A stretch of DNA of 64,000 nt from Octopus vulgaris. Its lineage: Eukaryota. A program made the position numbers and the translations under genes. This document shows positions 27,201-42,519 of this stretch, piece by piece. Numbering within the stretch: the first letter of the stretch is position 1; each line of letters starts with the position of its first letter. The notes under the pieces are model-generated. The model saw nothing but the letters and a program-made list of their open reading frames with translations. It ran no database searches and was not told the DNA's origin. The stretch is from NCBI GenBank assembly GCA_951406725.2, contig OX597819.1, forward strand, positions 27,156,001-27,220,000, read 5' to 3'.

Positions 27201-27594
27201 CTAGCAGTATCGCCCGGCGTTGCTCGGGTTTGTAAAGGAAATAACTATATAAGCATTTTTAGAGATGTAAAGTATAATAGCCATCTCAATATGGCTAACC
27301 ACAAAGCGGGGTGTTACTGTAGCTTTTTACGTTCTGAGATTTAATAACAAATTTTTAGAGAGTTACTTCCCTTATATATGCCAAAAATACATTAAAAATG
27401 GGAAAAATTGATGGTAATTTTTTTTTAAATTGTAGATTCATCGTAGACGCGCGCTAATACCCAGAAGGGCTCGATATGAATCACGACTATAAGATACTCG
27501 GTTTTGGTTAAACTGCACCGCAAAATGTGGGAGTAGTTAGGAATCTAAATCGTAGGAGACAGACAGCACACAACCTCTCTTTTATATATAAAGA
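27201..27594 (-). mobile_element. Non-autonomous Helitron
   Basis: The minus strand starts A|TC.TATATA and ends with hairpin CCCGAGCAACGCCGGG followed by CTAG|T. A second copy lies at 31286-31593. Confidence 0.85.
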
Positions 27595-27749
27595 TATTTA
27601 ACCAGGTTTACAGCCGTTATACCGTTGTGCATAAAAGACGCCCGCATTGTACACAAAAACACTTTCGACCAATACAATTTATATCGCCCTTTCATTCAGC
27701 TTCTTTCTTCCGGTCATTTTATCATGTTGAACCGTTCCGTTAATCCCCA

Positions 27750-27981
27750 CACATATTTTTTTTTTTTTTTTTTCATTCTCTCTCTGTTTTGATTCCTTTT
27801 AATCGTTTCTGCCGAAGAGTGTAGGTTCGAAACGTCAAAGACTTTGCCATTCTGCCAGTTCAAATTTACAGAAAGCAAAACACGAAGACAGCTGTAGGAA
27901 CAAGCATGTGTATTAGTTTAACGCCCGGGAAGAATGGCAGAATGGAAAAGTCTTTGACGTTTTAAACCTACGCTCTTGGAT

Positions 27982-27985
<4 letters not shown>
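27750..27985. mobile_element. Hammerhead-bearing element (GAGCGTAGGCTC family) with inverted partial copy
   Basis: ttt CTGCCGA a gagt-gtag-gttc GAAAC GTC aaag at 27806-27840. 27815-27856 is inverted at 27936-27977, and the element abuts (TA)n. Confidence 0.6.
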
Positions 27986-28047
<62 letters not shown>

Positions 28048-28221
28048 GTTACAAATTGAGATAGGGGTTGTAAATGCAACCCGCTATGGGATAACGTATA
28101 TCCAATATACTGCTAGTGAAGTACCCAACAAAGTTAATACATGAATGTTAATGATTGCGATGCAATCAATTCATTTACTGTATTATATGGGCAAAGGTAA
28201 AATGATTTATCACAAAATACT

Positions 28222-28310
28222 AATACAAGATAAGAAAATGGAGAAATACATCTAAATCAAATAATTGATATTTGATTTAGATGTATTTCTCCATTTTCTT
28301 ATCTTGTATA
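28222..28310. repeat. Near-perfect palindrome ending at (TA)n
   Basis: ATACAAGATAAGAAAATGGAGAAATACATCTAAATCAAATA and its reverse complement are separated by a few nucleotides. Confidence 0.9.
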
Positions 28311-29856
28311 TATATATATATATATATATACAAAACATACATATAAAAGGGATGGACACTAGGTGGACATTCATTATGCTTGAGGTCGACCCCCTATGGT
28401 CTTACCACTAAGAAAGAAATGTTCTCAAGAGAATCTAGCAAACGCTAAATATATATATGTGTGTGTGTGCATGACTTTGTGTCTGTTTTTGTCCCTGCCA
28501 ACGCTTGACAACCGGTGCTGGTGTGTGTACATCCGCGTAACTCAGCGGTTCGGCAAGAGTAAACACATAGAGTAACTACCGCGCTTAAAATATATACGTA
28601 CCAGGATCGATTAGATCTACTAAAATTCTTCAAAGCAATGCACGACGGTAATATAATGATTCAAACAAGAAAAATATAGAAGAATATATACATATATGTT
28701 TATATTTACCCTTTTGTATACAGCATTATAGATTCATTTCATTCGATTTTACCAATCGATTTCGCATGCGGATTACGTAATTCGTGATAACATAACTCTG
28801 CGCTTGTCAGATTGGTGTAAACCAATCTACGTAAGAACCTGGTTAGTGGAAGATTCTGCAAACTGAATTAGCATTACACTCCAATGGGTTATAAAGGGGA
28901 ACACTTCCCAAATCCAAGTTATAGTCCAACAAGCATAAAATATATTTCACAAAGCGTAGACTAAGAATTAAAATGAGAAGGGGAATTCAAATTGATGTTA
29001 CGATCGTTTCATTAAACGAACACTTCTTATTCTATAATGCATATTTAGATATCTATGAAGCAAAACATATGACATATGCAATAAAATAGATTAAAATTAT
29101 AATTATATATTATTTTATTTTATTGCATATTACATATAATGTATTTTTATATATCTATATATGTGATACAAAATAAAAAAAAGATTTTCGTCTACTAAAC
29201 GTTAATTTGAATTTCTCTTTTCCTCATTTTAATTAAATATATATTACACACACACATATAGACACATATATACATACACACATACATACATACAGACAGA
29301 CAGACATGCAAACATATATATATACATACATACATACATACATACATACATACATACATACATACATACATACATACATACATACATAGACCTCTTATTA
29401 GCCCCAATATTCTGACCAAGAAGAACATCGTATATTTGATACAAGAGGTAAAACAGCTGATAGGTTACCCTTGAAATTACTCCCTTTGCTTATATTGCCT
29501 TACTCTCATTATATATGTATGTATGTCTATTTAAATTTGATGGTGACAAATATACGTTGAATATGAAAAGTGTAACTATGAGCGATTTGACAATATCGCT
29601 TGATAAAATAAGTACCAGATGGAAAAGAGCACTGCCGTCGATATGATAGACGAGGTTAAAAACGAGAGTGGAGAAAAAGTGGGAGAAAGAAGGAGACAGC
29701 TTCTGCCTGATCGTTCTATCAGCTAGAAACAACGACCAAGTTCACCTCAAAGTCACACGCCATATAATTATGACAAACAAGAAAGCATAGAAAATAATCT
29801 CTGATATATAAAACGTTGGCATTGTCATTTCAAGATTGTCTTTAATTTAGGTTTAT

Positions 29857-30165
29857 GGAGGCGCAATGGCCCAGTGGTTAGGGCAGCGCACTCGCGGTCG
29901 GAAAATCGCGGTTTCGATTCCCAGACCGGGCGTTATGTGTGTTTATTGAGCAAAAACACCTAAAACTCCACGAAGCTCCGGCAGGGGGCGTGGCGACCCC
30001 TGTTGTACTCTTTCGCCCCAACTTCCTCTCACTCTTTCTTCGTCTTTCTTAAGTAACGCTGCGATGGACTGGCGTCCCGTCCAGCTGGGAGAGGGAACAC
30101 ACACGCCATAGAAACCGGGAAACCGGGCCCATGAGCCTGGCTAGGCGTGAAAAGGGCGCATAAAA
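29857..30165 (+). mobile_element. tRNA(Arg-like)-SINE family C (head 1 + tail 2)
   Basis: GGAGGCGCAATGGCCCAGTGGTTAGGGCAGCG.ACTCGCGG...GTTTCGATTCCC. The tail is shared with 63295. Confidence 0.85.
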
Positions 30166-30924
30166 AATATATATAAGATCCTCCTAGCCTAGTGCTAAAC
30201 AGCAACATTACCAAAGATAAAGAAATTTCTGACAGACATCCCGTGATTGGTATCAAACAGGCAACATTGAAGATTTCAATCTTGAGATTCTCATCTAACA
30301 ACATTTTTTTCAAATGTTCTACTTCCTGTTTCTGTGGTTGTAGCATTGTGGCTTCAACGATGCAATCATGTGCTTGATATCTTCCCATCACCAATCCTTT
30401 AACGAAATGATAGCAAAGCCAGTTATAATTCTCTGTATGCCGGGAGGGAAGATGGAAGTATACTTCATATTTTGCTATTGGTGGAATGGATAAGGTAAAC
30501 AAAGATGAATGTTTTCATATTTGTGTTGGAGAATGAGAGTCTGCTGCTGATGAGGTGGGAAGATGTTGGTGCTGGCCATGACAATGGTGATGGTGGCGGT
30601 GGTGATGGTGGTGGTGGTGGTGGCGGCGGCGGCGGCGGCGGCGGTGGTGCAGCCGCCGTGGAGTAATGGTGGTTTAAGTTTTTGTTTTCCCACGAAGTTT
30701 TAGTTTCTTCCTATCCCTGATTTGTATCTTTTAATCTTTTGGCTTTATGTATTTACATCACCGTAAACGCTTTCCACGTATGTGTAAGTATATATATGTG
30801 TATGTGTGTGTGTGTGTGTACACACACACACATACACATATATATATATATATATATATACATACATATATATACATGCATATGTACATACAGATATACT
30901 CGTACGTACACACACATACACAAG

Positions 30925-30971
<47 letters not shown>

Positions 30972-31285
30972 GAGTGTACGTATGTGCGTATATAAATATG
31001 TGTGTGTATGTATGTGTGTAGGCATAAATGTGTATGTGTGTGCTAGTTTAAATGATATCATTTATGCAACCCAAGATCTACGATTAGCATATCCCGTAAC
31101 ATTCATGACAACTTGGGATAAACTTTGCTTTAATTTAACTTAAATAAACTTAAAGTAAATTATTATGTAACTAAATCATGAAGTTATGGAATTCATGATG
31201 TTTATTCCGAATGAAACAGCTGTTGAAAGTAATTAAATTATGAATTCTATTTGAAATTTTCGTTTTCATTCCATTTATTCTTAAA

Positions 31286-31593
31286 CTAGCAGTATCGCCC
31301 GGCGTTGCTCGGGTTTGTAAGGGAAATAACTAATAACTATATAAGCATTTTTAGAGAGTTACTTCCCTTATATAATAGCAAAAAAATGCATTAAATGGAA
31401 AAAAATTATGGTAATTTTTTTTTAAATCATAGACTCATCGTAGACGCGCGCTAATACCCAGAAGGGCTCGATATGAATCACGACTATAAGATACCCGCTT
31501 TGGCTTAAACTGCACCGCAAAATGTGGGAGTAGTTAGGAATCTAAATCGTAGGAGACAGACACCACACAACTTTTCTTTCATATATATATAGA
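31286..31593 (-). mobile_element. Non-autonomous Helitron, second copy with internal deletion
   Basis: Same termini and body as 27201-27594. Confidence 0.85.
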
Positions 31594-31772
31594 TATATAT
31601 TGTTCTTAAGGATTGTTTTAGCCGATTATGTATAGACATGCATAAGTTTTTCCACCTAGGTTACAGCAATGTTATAATGTGTCAGAATTTAACAAACTAT
31701 TATGAAATTAGCTCTTAAAAATTGTGGCATTTCTTTTTGTGTGTGTGTGTTCTACACATCATCTCGCTATAT

Positions 31773-32308
<536 letters not shown>

Positions 32309-32443
32309 ATATACATGCAAATAAAAATTAAAAAAACAAAAGCAGGGAAGAAATAACAAAAATAACAACAGTCAATAAGACGTACACAGTGAATATATAT
32401 CAGATTGAGGCTCAGTAAAAGTTCTAAAAGGAAAAATAAGAGT

Positions 32444-32481
32444 GGAAATGACGTTTCGAGCATGGCTCTTCGTCAGAAAGA
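32444..32481 (-). ncRNA. Minimal hammerhead motif with canonical core
   Basis: CTGACGA a gagc-cat-gctc GAAAC GTC. Stem I is weak. Confidence 0.55.
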
Positions 32482-32700
32482 GGAAAATGTTCAGGGACGA
32501 GGAAAAGGAGGAAGGAACGGATAGCTCGGGAAAAGCATGTGTGCCGTTACATGGCCGAAAAATAACTCACAGACACACACACATGTATACACACACACAC
32601 ACATATATATATATACATACATATACATATACATATATACGTACATATATATATATATACGTGTGTGTGTGTGTGTAATATATACATATATATACATATA

Positions 32701-32779
<79 letters not shown>

Positions 32780-32785
<6 letters not shown>

Positions 32786-33816
32786 AAGTTGAGTTGTGGG
32801 GTATCGCACGACTGGAATTATATACGAAAGAAGGTTTGAAAATGCAATTTAAAAAAAGTTTATTTACTTAACCGGTTTCACTCTTTTGAAAAAGATTGTC
32901 AAAAGTAACATAGAATATTATGAATTCAAAAAAGTCTTTTACATAATTGCCACATAACATGTATATATACAGTCCTTGGTAACAGGGACATGTCAAGGAC
33001 ATAAAGAAGTACAACAGTGTGATGAGAATATTTGAAAAATGGGCAGAAAAGAATAAAACAAATATATTATTGGAAGTTTGGTTGCGTTAATTATTGGTTG
33101 TTGCAAATTGCCACATTACATGTATATAAACAGTCTTTGGTAACAAGGACATGCTAATGACATAAGAAAGTACAACAGTATGATGAGAATATTTGAAAAA
33201 AATGGGCAGAAAAGATTAAAATGAATATATTATACATCTCAGGGTCAGTACAGAATATTATGAATTCAAGGCGAGTTTGTTTACTGACCTGTCCGTTTTA
33301 GCAGAAATGTTGAATTGAGAAAGATGTACCCGTTTTTTTCTGTTTTTGGCTTTCCTTCACGCATCAATGATTTTGGGGTTAGGATGAGGTGAATATATGT
33401 GTCTCTCTGCGTGTGTGTGAATAGATGTGTCTGTGTGTCTGTAGTATTTGGTCAGATGGAGTCTGTTTGTCAAGTGCACAGTACCTGATTGTACTATTTT
33501 CTGTATGGTATATGTGCGAACTCTGCTGTTCTAGCGTGTGAGTATGTGTGCGTGTGTGTCTGCTTCTGTCTGTATGCATATATATATATACGGTTAAGTA
33601 ATTGAGATTCAAGTGAATTCTAATGAATTCACATGAATATGGTCCTTAACTAGGATGCACCGGAAATCTATATGGTGTTAACCATACGACAAGTGGGGTG
33701 ATTACAAATAGGAAAAAAGCAACAAGAATGGATTAAAATCTCGGTACAATCGTTTCGTACGAGGACATCTTTAATAAGCTACAAAAAATGCAGTGAATAC
33801 AGATGGCTCGTACTCA
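32780..33816 (-). mobile_element. Composite block between (TA)n tracts with two hammerhead relics and a ~165-bp tandem duplication
   Basis: 32864-32908(-) reads ttactt TTGACAA tctttt-tc-aaaaga gt GAAACCGGTT aagtaa. 33741-33816(-) reads TGA gtacgag...ctcgtac GAAAC gatt GTA, truncated at a TA run. 32945-33070 is repeated at ~33106-33233. Confidence 0.5.
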
Positions 33817-33869
33817 TATATATATATGTGTGTGTATGCACATACACATATATAGATTTATAGATAGAC

Positions 33870-33979
<110 letters not shown>

Positions 33980-33991
33980 CTAGATAGATAA

Positions 33992-34030
<39 letters not shown>

Positions 34031-34793
34031 TGCATGTATGTGTGTATGTGCGTATGTATCTTTGCGAAGAGGTATGCACACTTGCAAGTATGTATGTATT
34101 GGTTTTGTTTGGAAATCTACTGCTAGTTCTATAACACAATGTAAGCACAAACACTAAATATTTGACTCCGCGGTCGGACCTTCATGCGCTGATATCGACA
34201 GAAACACGTATGAAATGTCTGTGTCTGCATTGGCGTTGTCACGTCGATAAAACATAATCATAGAATTTGTTTGTGCCATATTAATGACATCAACAAACAT
34301 TCAGAATTTTCATTTAACATTAGTTGGGCCTCGTAGGACTAAACGCTGAGTTCTAATCCTCTTGTGAATACAGCTGAAAGGTGTCAAACGTTTTAATCAG
34401 CAACTGGAGTACAGCAAAGCAAAGCAAAGCAAGAAATTCTGCGTTAAAAAGAATAATGAAATGTAAAAATAAATTATGAAAATTTGAAATTAAAACTAAG
34501 ATGGCGGGTAGGAGTTTGATTTTGAGGGTGGGGAAAGGAAAGTGAATACAGAGAGAGAGGTAGGGAGACAGGGAGTCTGTGAATGTGAAAAAGGATGAGA
34601 GGAAGAGAAAAGAGAGTGTGTGTGTGTGTGCAAAAAAGCTTAGATATTCGGCCTATGGAGCAAAGAGATAAAGTTCTGTGTACATATGTGCACATGTGCG
34701 CGGGTGTTTACAAAGACTGTGTGTCTGTTTATGTAGTGGGGAGTATAACTGCGCATGTGCGTCTGTGAGTATGCGTGTATATGTGAGTGTCTT

Positions 34794-34834
<41 letters not shown>

Positions 34835-35001
34835 ACAACGAGACTTTTAATTAGAATTTTTGCCGACATTTCGTCAGCTTTTGACAATAAATGCCTGTTT
34901 AATAATAATGAAAACGATAATATTAATAATAATGATGATGATGATGATGATGATGATGATAAAGTGATAACGATAATAATAACATTAGTAATGATTTCTT
35001 T

Positions 35002-35050
<49 letters not shown>

Positions 35051-35149
35051 GATAATATTTGTAACGCGACAGCAGGGATCAAAATGGTGATGAAGGATGC
35101 AAGGGTGACAGAAAAGATGCGGGTGGTGAATTAATCACTTTGAAATTTA

Positions 35150-35198
<49 letters not shown>

Positions 35199-35203
35199 GT
35201 GTG

Positions 35204-35279
<76 letters not shown>

Positions 35280-35621
35280 CATGTGTGTGTGTGTATATAT
35301 ATATATTCAAATAAAAATAAAATACATCTCAATATAACGTTTCCTCTCTGTTGTTTGATCGTTGTTATTAAAAAAGAATTTTGAAATGAAAAAGATAACA
35401 ACGACGACGGCGATTACGATGACGATGACAATGAGGAGAAGAACGGGGAAGATGGGAGGAGGACAAGCTCTATCATTAAACAATAATATGATATTTGATA
35501 TGTAATAAATAATATATGTACGAGATAGGTGCATCCGTAGGATTTTATTTCTTAAAGTTCAACAGCAGAAACAATTTTTTCATCCATTTATATGTATACA
35601 TATGTATGTATATCGTATGTG

Positions 35622-35664
<43 letters not shown>

Positions 35665-35815
35665 ATATTTGTGTGTGTCTGCGTGCGTAGATAGATGGAT
35701 AGGTAGATAGACAGACAGACAGAAAAACAGACAGACAGACAGATACATATATACATATATGGGTGGATAAATGGATAGACAGATAGATAGACGGATAGAT
35801 GGATAGCTAGCTAGC

Positions 35816-35872
<57 letters not shown>

Positions 35873-35941
35873 GGATGGATGGATGGATGGATGGATGGAT
35901 GGATGGATGGATGGATGGATGGATGGATGGATGGATGGATG

Positions 35942-36021
<80 letters not shown>

Positions 36022-36064
36022 TTTTCTTTATTAGAAGTACACGATAGAACAAATTCATACTTTT

Positions 36065-36097
<33 letters not shown>

Positions 36098-36121
36098 GTT
36101 TCGGAAGAAAGCTACGGAAAG

Positions 36122-36166
<45 letters not shown>

Positions 36167-36846
36167 CAGATAGATAGTCGTGAATATAAATATATATACG
36201 TAGTTATAGATATTGCTTCACTCTTTGAATTTATTTTATTGGCATTTCTTGTATCGTTCGTCATTTTGCTTTCTATCTCTCCCCCTCTCTCTCTCTCTCC
36301 CTCTCTCTCTCTGAGTCTGCGCAAACACACGCATACACGCACACACACACACACACAAGTGCACACATACATACTCACGCACTACACATGCACTCATGGA
36401 TATATGTCAGGAGTGCTCAACATTTTGCAGATTCATACTGCGTTAAATCAATCTTTAAAAAATACATAGACATAAGCGCTAAGTGTATTTATGTATGTAT
36501 GTATGTATGTATGTATGTATGTATGTATGTATGTATGTATGTATGTATGCATGTATGTATGTATGTATGTATGCATGCATGCATGTATGTATGTATGCAT
36601 GCATGTATGTATGTATGTATGCATGTATGTATGTATGCATGCATGCATGTATGTATGTATGTATGTATGCATGCATGTATTTATGTATGTATGTATGTAT
36701 GTATGTATGCATGTATGTATGCATGTATGTATGTGTAAACTTTTCTTGCAGCCAGAACCCCGCGGCGAATGCCTTTCACGTTCTAGTGTATAGGAGCGTG
36801 TTATAAACACAAGTACTTCTTATATATTTTTTCTCTAATTTATATT

Positions 36847-36888
<42 letters not shown>

Positions 36889-36900
36889 CAAACCTTTTTT

Positions 36901-36974
<74 letters not shown>

Positions 36975-37248
36975 CATACAGTCAGACAGACACTCAACAA
37001 CTAAATAATAATCATTCCACAATGAAACCTTTACAGGAAGTTCAAAGTAATAATAGGCATTTCAGTTTTTGGTTATTTATTTAAATATTTATTCTTAAAC
37101 TTCATATATCTCTGGTAGTTCCCATTTCTCTTTCCAAAATGTCATGTCTGAAAGTACATTATACATTGTTTTGCCTTTTTTTACTTCCATTCGAGTATTC
37201 TTCATCAATCAATAATAATATATATATATATATACAAGCATATATACA

Positions 37249-37306
<58 letters not shown>

Positions 37307-37612
37307 TGTATGTATGTATGTATGTATGTATGTATGTATGTGTGTGTGTGTGTATGTATGTGTGTATGTAAGTATGTATTTGTATCTGTTATTATTTTAT
37401 TTTCTATTCAATTTATATTTAGAATTTATTTCAAATTTTGAAAACACACCAGAACACACACATATACACGTACATACTCCCACAAACACGCACACACATA
37501 TCGTATAGAAAATCGTTATAAGTAGGTGTGTATATGTGTATGTATGCATGTATATATGTATATATATATATATGTATGCATGTATGTATGCATGTATGTA
37601 TGTAGATAGATC

Positions 37613-37654
<42 letters not shown>

Positions 37655-38113
37655 TAGATAGATAGACAATATATTTGAAATATAGATATATTTATATCTG
37701 TATTTATATGTGTTTGTACGTATGTTGACATGCATTTAAGTACGTAAGTAGGTAAGTAGGTATGTATGTAGGTAGATAGGTAAGTAGGTAGGTAGGTAAG
37801 TAGGTAGGTAGGTAGGTAGGTAGGTAGGTAGGTAGGTAGGAAGGTAGGTAGGTAGGTAGGTAGGTAGGTATGATGAATGATTCACGGATTCCATCCGAGC
37901 GACTGAGTCTGAGAACAAAAAAGACTCACTATACGGAAGAGGAGACAATAAAATTTGTATAAGTAAATGACAGCTGTAGACACTTTAGTGCATTTTTCAA
38001 ATCATATTACTTTATACCATTTATCTGTTATAAATTATACACACACACACACACACACATGCATCTATGTATGTATGTATTAGGTATGTATGTGTGTGTA
38101 TGTATGTATGTGT

Positions 38114-38497
38114 GGAAGCACTCCGTCGGTTACGACGACGAGGGTTCCGGTTGATCCGATCAACGGAACAGCCTGCTCGTGAAATTAACGTGTAAGTGGC
38201 TGAGCACTCCACAGACACGTGCACCCTTAACGTAGTTCTCGGGGATATTCAGCGTGACACAGAGAGTGACAAGGCCGGCCCCTTCAAATACAGGTACAAC
38301 AGAAACAGGAAGTAAGAGTGAGAGAAAGTTGTGGTGAAAGAGTACAGCAGGGATCACCACCATCCCCTGCCGGAGTCTCGTGGAGCTCTTTAGGTGTTTT
38401 CGCTCAATAAACACTCACAACGCCCGGTCTGGTAATCGAAACCACGATCCTATGACCGCGAGTCCGCTTGCCCTAACCACTGGGCCATTGCGCCTCC
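38114..38497 (-). mobile_element. tRNA(Arg-like)-SINE family C (head 1 + tail 1)
   Basis: Near-identical to 59285-59650, with the head shared with 29857. Confidence 0.9.
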
Positions 38498-38519
38498 CGC
38501 CGAAATAATAAATCAGCTG

Positions 38520-38960
38520 CTTACACCTGATGAACTTTAAAATGAACCGCTTGAAAACAAAATGGGTGTGATCGCAAGAAATTAGCACAAAGCCGAATAG
38601 AGGTAAGAAGTGATGAAATCGAGGTGGTAAAATAATATGTCTGCTTGAGACACTTGATGAATATGCGCCGAGACCTGTACGTCGAAATCTTGCGGAGAAT
38701 AGGGGTATGATGGAAGACATTTGAGATGAGTTCAATGCAAAGCTTGGCACGACCCTATGTGTCAAGCTCTTCAGTGGCCCCTACCTGGGTAAGTAGAATG
38801 TGGGCAATACGGAAAAAGAAAACATCCATTGGCTACGGTGAAAGGGTCGTAGAAATATCCATGCTAGGAATATCATTGTGAAAGAATATCTGAAATGAGA
38901 TAATTCATGGACAGAGTGGACTGAAAGATGTGATATCAGCAATCGAAAGTAAAAGACTAT
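38520..38960 (+). mobile_element. RTE-clade LINE reverse-transcriptase C-terminal relic
   Basis: Frameshifted segments KMNRLKTKWV, EIEVVK, HLMNMRRDLYVEILRRI, WAIRKKEN, SMLGISL and QSGLKDVISAI resemble RTE ORF ends. Confidence 0.65.
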
Positions 38961-39310
38961 TAATATGCGTGGATCGTAAATCCGATCAATGATCGGATTT
39001 AAACGTAGCCATTCGATTTTCTGGAAATAGCAGTCATATCCCTCACAGACAAAAGGGAGACCCGTTCAGCTGCCGAGTAGTATCCAAAAGATCGGAAACG
39101 TATATACAAACATACACACATTCATACAAACGAACATACATACATACATACCTGCACACACAAACATATATGCATACATGCATACATACATACATACATA
39201 CATACATACATACATACATACATACACACATACATACATACACACATATATACATGCATACTTACATACATACATACATACATACATACATGCAAACATA
39301 CATACATACA

Positions 39311-39344
<34 letters not shown>

Positions 39345-40020
39345 CATGCATACTTACATACATACATACATAATACATACATACAAACATACATACACAC
39401 ATATATACATGCATACTTACATACATACATACACACATATATACATACATACATACATACACATATATACATGCATACATACATGCATACATACATACAT
39501 ACATACATACATACATACATACATACATACATACATACATACATACATACATACATACATACATACATACATACATACATACATACTAAGGCATTATGTT
39601 CTGCATTTAGTGGGGCAAAAGAGTGCCAGCCAAATATTAAGCCAACTCGATTGCGACTTGACGACAGTCGCAGATGTAAACCTTCCTACGCGGTAAGGCC
39701 ATTAGCCACTAGACAGACACCGAAGGTGTTACGAAAGTTACGTCATATAGCAGCCTATTAATGTGCGAGGCTCTCAAATCAATGATCGGATTTAAACGAA
39801 GTCATTCGATTTCTTGGAAATAGCAATTCTATCCCTCAAATTACACCCTGTCTTATGTGTATGTGTATGTTGATGGAGCGGAGAATATAACAAGAATAGG
39901 GATTCAAAGAATCAGGGCTCACATTAAGCACTTCGCCTGATGTGTGGCTATTAAGGAAGAACGTGGTTAAGACTAGGATGGTATCTCAGCGTCGTTCTGA
40001 GAATCCAGGAAACCCAATGG

Positions 40021-40067
<47 letters not shown>

Positions 40068-40287
40068 TTTGTGTGTGTGTGTGTGTGCATGTATGTATGT
40101 ATGTATATATATATATACACCCATTACGAAACAGTTGTCAGTGAATGGAATAAACAAACATCTATTCTGCCACTTCAATTCCCTTATTTGATCGGTTTTT
40201 ATGTTATATTTATATATACCTACTCACTGCATTTCTAGAGACAGACAGACAGGTAGATGGATAGATAGATAAATAGTTAGGTAGATG

Positions 40288-40380
<93 letters not shown>

Positions 40381-40393
40381 ATATTTATGTATG

Positions 40394-40427
<34 letters not shown>

Positions 40428-40663
40428 TGTTTGTATGTATGTACTGTAAGTATGTACCTATACATCAAGAAGAAATTTTTCATGGGCTGGAATGCCTTTC
40501 ATCATAGCTATGTCCATCCATTAACAACAACAGAAAAATAAAGCCCTATTATCAATTCAACCATCTGTGACTCCCAGCAGTTAATTAAAAAAAATAAACG
40601 CAAACCATATTTTTATAAAAAGCAGTGCATCTGAAACTTTCTACTAATACCACCACCACGAAT

Positions 40664-40700
<37 letters not shown>

Positions 40701-41072
40701 CCAGTTACTACAATAACACAACAATATGACCACTATCATCCACCACCACCACCACAACTACCACCCAAAACAACACCATCATCACCATCGTTATCAACAT
40801 CACCTCCAGTGCCTCCCATCCACCGACACCCAGAAAAATGGAAGGAAAAAGGATGCTAATGTAGAAAGATTTGACAAGATCTTTGTGAGTTTTGGCATTT
40901 GGACAAAGATTGCACTGAACAAGAAAACATTTATTTGCATAAGATAAAATATGGATATTCACATTTCGTCTTAAAAGATAGCGGTCAGATATACATCAAA
41001 ACATACACATCCAACATACAACTCCCCCCTCTCTCTCTCTCCCCCTCTCTCTCTCTCTCTCTTTCTCTCTCT

Positions 41073-41124
<52 letters not shown>

Positions 41125-41728
41125 CCAGCTCTCTCTCCAAATCTCTATTTCTCCATTTTTCTCTGCTTCTAGCCGCCTCTGCCTCTCACTGAAGCAAGTT
41201 CAATTCTTCTATTTCTGACCCCTTTTGCCTTTCTTTCTCTTCCCCTCTCACTCCCTCTCTCTCTCCCTTCCTTTCTTAACCTCTCAGTCTCTCTCTCCGT
41301 GTAGCCTACGGTTTTTTGCAAACCTTCCGATCTCTCTCTCTCTCTCCCATTTCACTAAAAGCTTTGTCTACCTCTCTCACTCGCTTCCTCTAATCCAATC
41401 ATTCTCTATCCCCCAACCTTTCCCTATCTTTTTCTCTCTCTCTCTCTCTCATCCTCTTTGCTCAGCTCTCTTTCCCTCCCTCTGTAGCTATCTTTCTATC
41501 ACTTACCGATGCCATTTGCCACTATCTTGTTCCGCTAACACTCAATATAGCTTCTACATCACAATTGTATATTTATGCTAAAACACGTGTCTACATGAAT
41601 AATATGCGTGTCTATTTGTTTAACACCACAAACAAGCAACTCAACGATGCATATGTTTATGTATTTCTCTGGTGTGTGGGTATAGGAGTTGGTGTGTGTT
41701 TCTGTATTTGCTAAGGATATGAAGTGCA

Positions 41729-41851
<123 letters not shown>

Positions 41852-42103
41852 CATATCTCTCTATATATATGCACATGTATTTATACATATGTGTGTGCGT
41901 GTGTTTGTGTGAGTCTGTGTGTTTGTGTACATACATACATACATACATACATACATACATACATACATACATACATACGTATATGCATATATGCCATAAT
42001 ATGTTAGGCATTTATTCTGTTTCCAGTTTGCCTAAAAGGAAAGCTGTTACACTGCAACATATACATATTTATTCATATATACACATATTAACACTCACGC
42101 ATG

Positions 42104-42144
<41 letters not shown>

Positions 42145-42519
42145 GATATCTAGACTATTAATGTTAAAAATCTGAACTTCAACTCCATCCCGGAAAATTC
42201 CACAGCAACGTTGCCTCAATCCGAAATCAAAACAAGAAAAATCAGACTTAACTTCGGTTCATGCCCTCTTTAAATATCGCATCAAATCTCTTCGATATCT
42301 CCTGCTAACTGCCGAGCGTCGAAGTGCATCCACGGATAAAGTCTGCGTACATGCAGCGAATGGTGTTAAGAAAGTTCAAAAGCTCCTGTGACTGATAGTT
42401 AGGATTACACACACTTAGAATATCAGATAGAATATCAGATGGACGTTTGTTGTTTTTTGTTGCTGTTTTCTCTGCTTCTAATTGAAAGGGCAGCCGGTCT
42501 ATTAGCTCTAATTTTGAAA

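Noticed and set aside
29857-29930. tRNA-Arg-like cloverleaf (also 38425-38497)
   Set aside because: It is the head of a multi-copy SINE and continues into the SINE body, so it is not a tRNA gene.
38535-38550. CTGATGAA hammerhead-like heptamer
   Set aside because: It lies inside the RTE coding relic with no stem II or suitably placed GAAAC, so it is a chance match.
38986-39838. ~58-bp direct repeats (38986-39044 and 39779-39838) as LTRs or TSDs
   Set aside because: They are diverged, lack TG..CA ends and enclose mostly (CATA)n, so they are more likely fragments of an old dispersed repeat.
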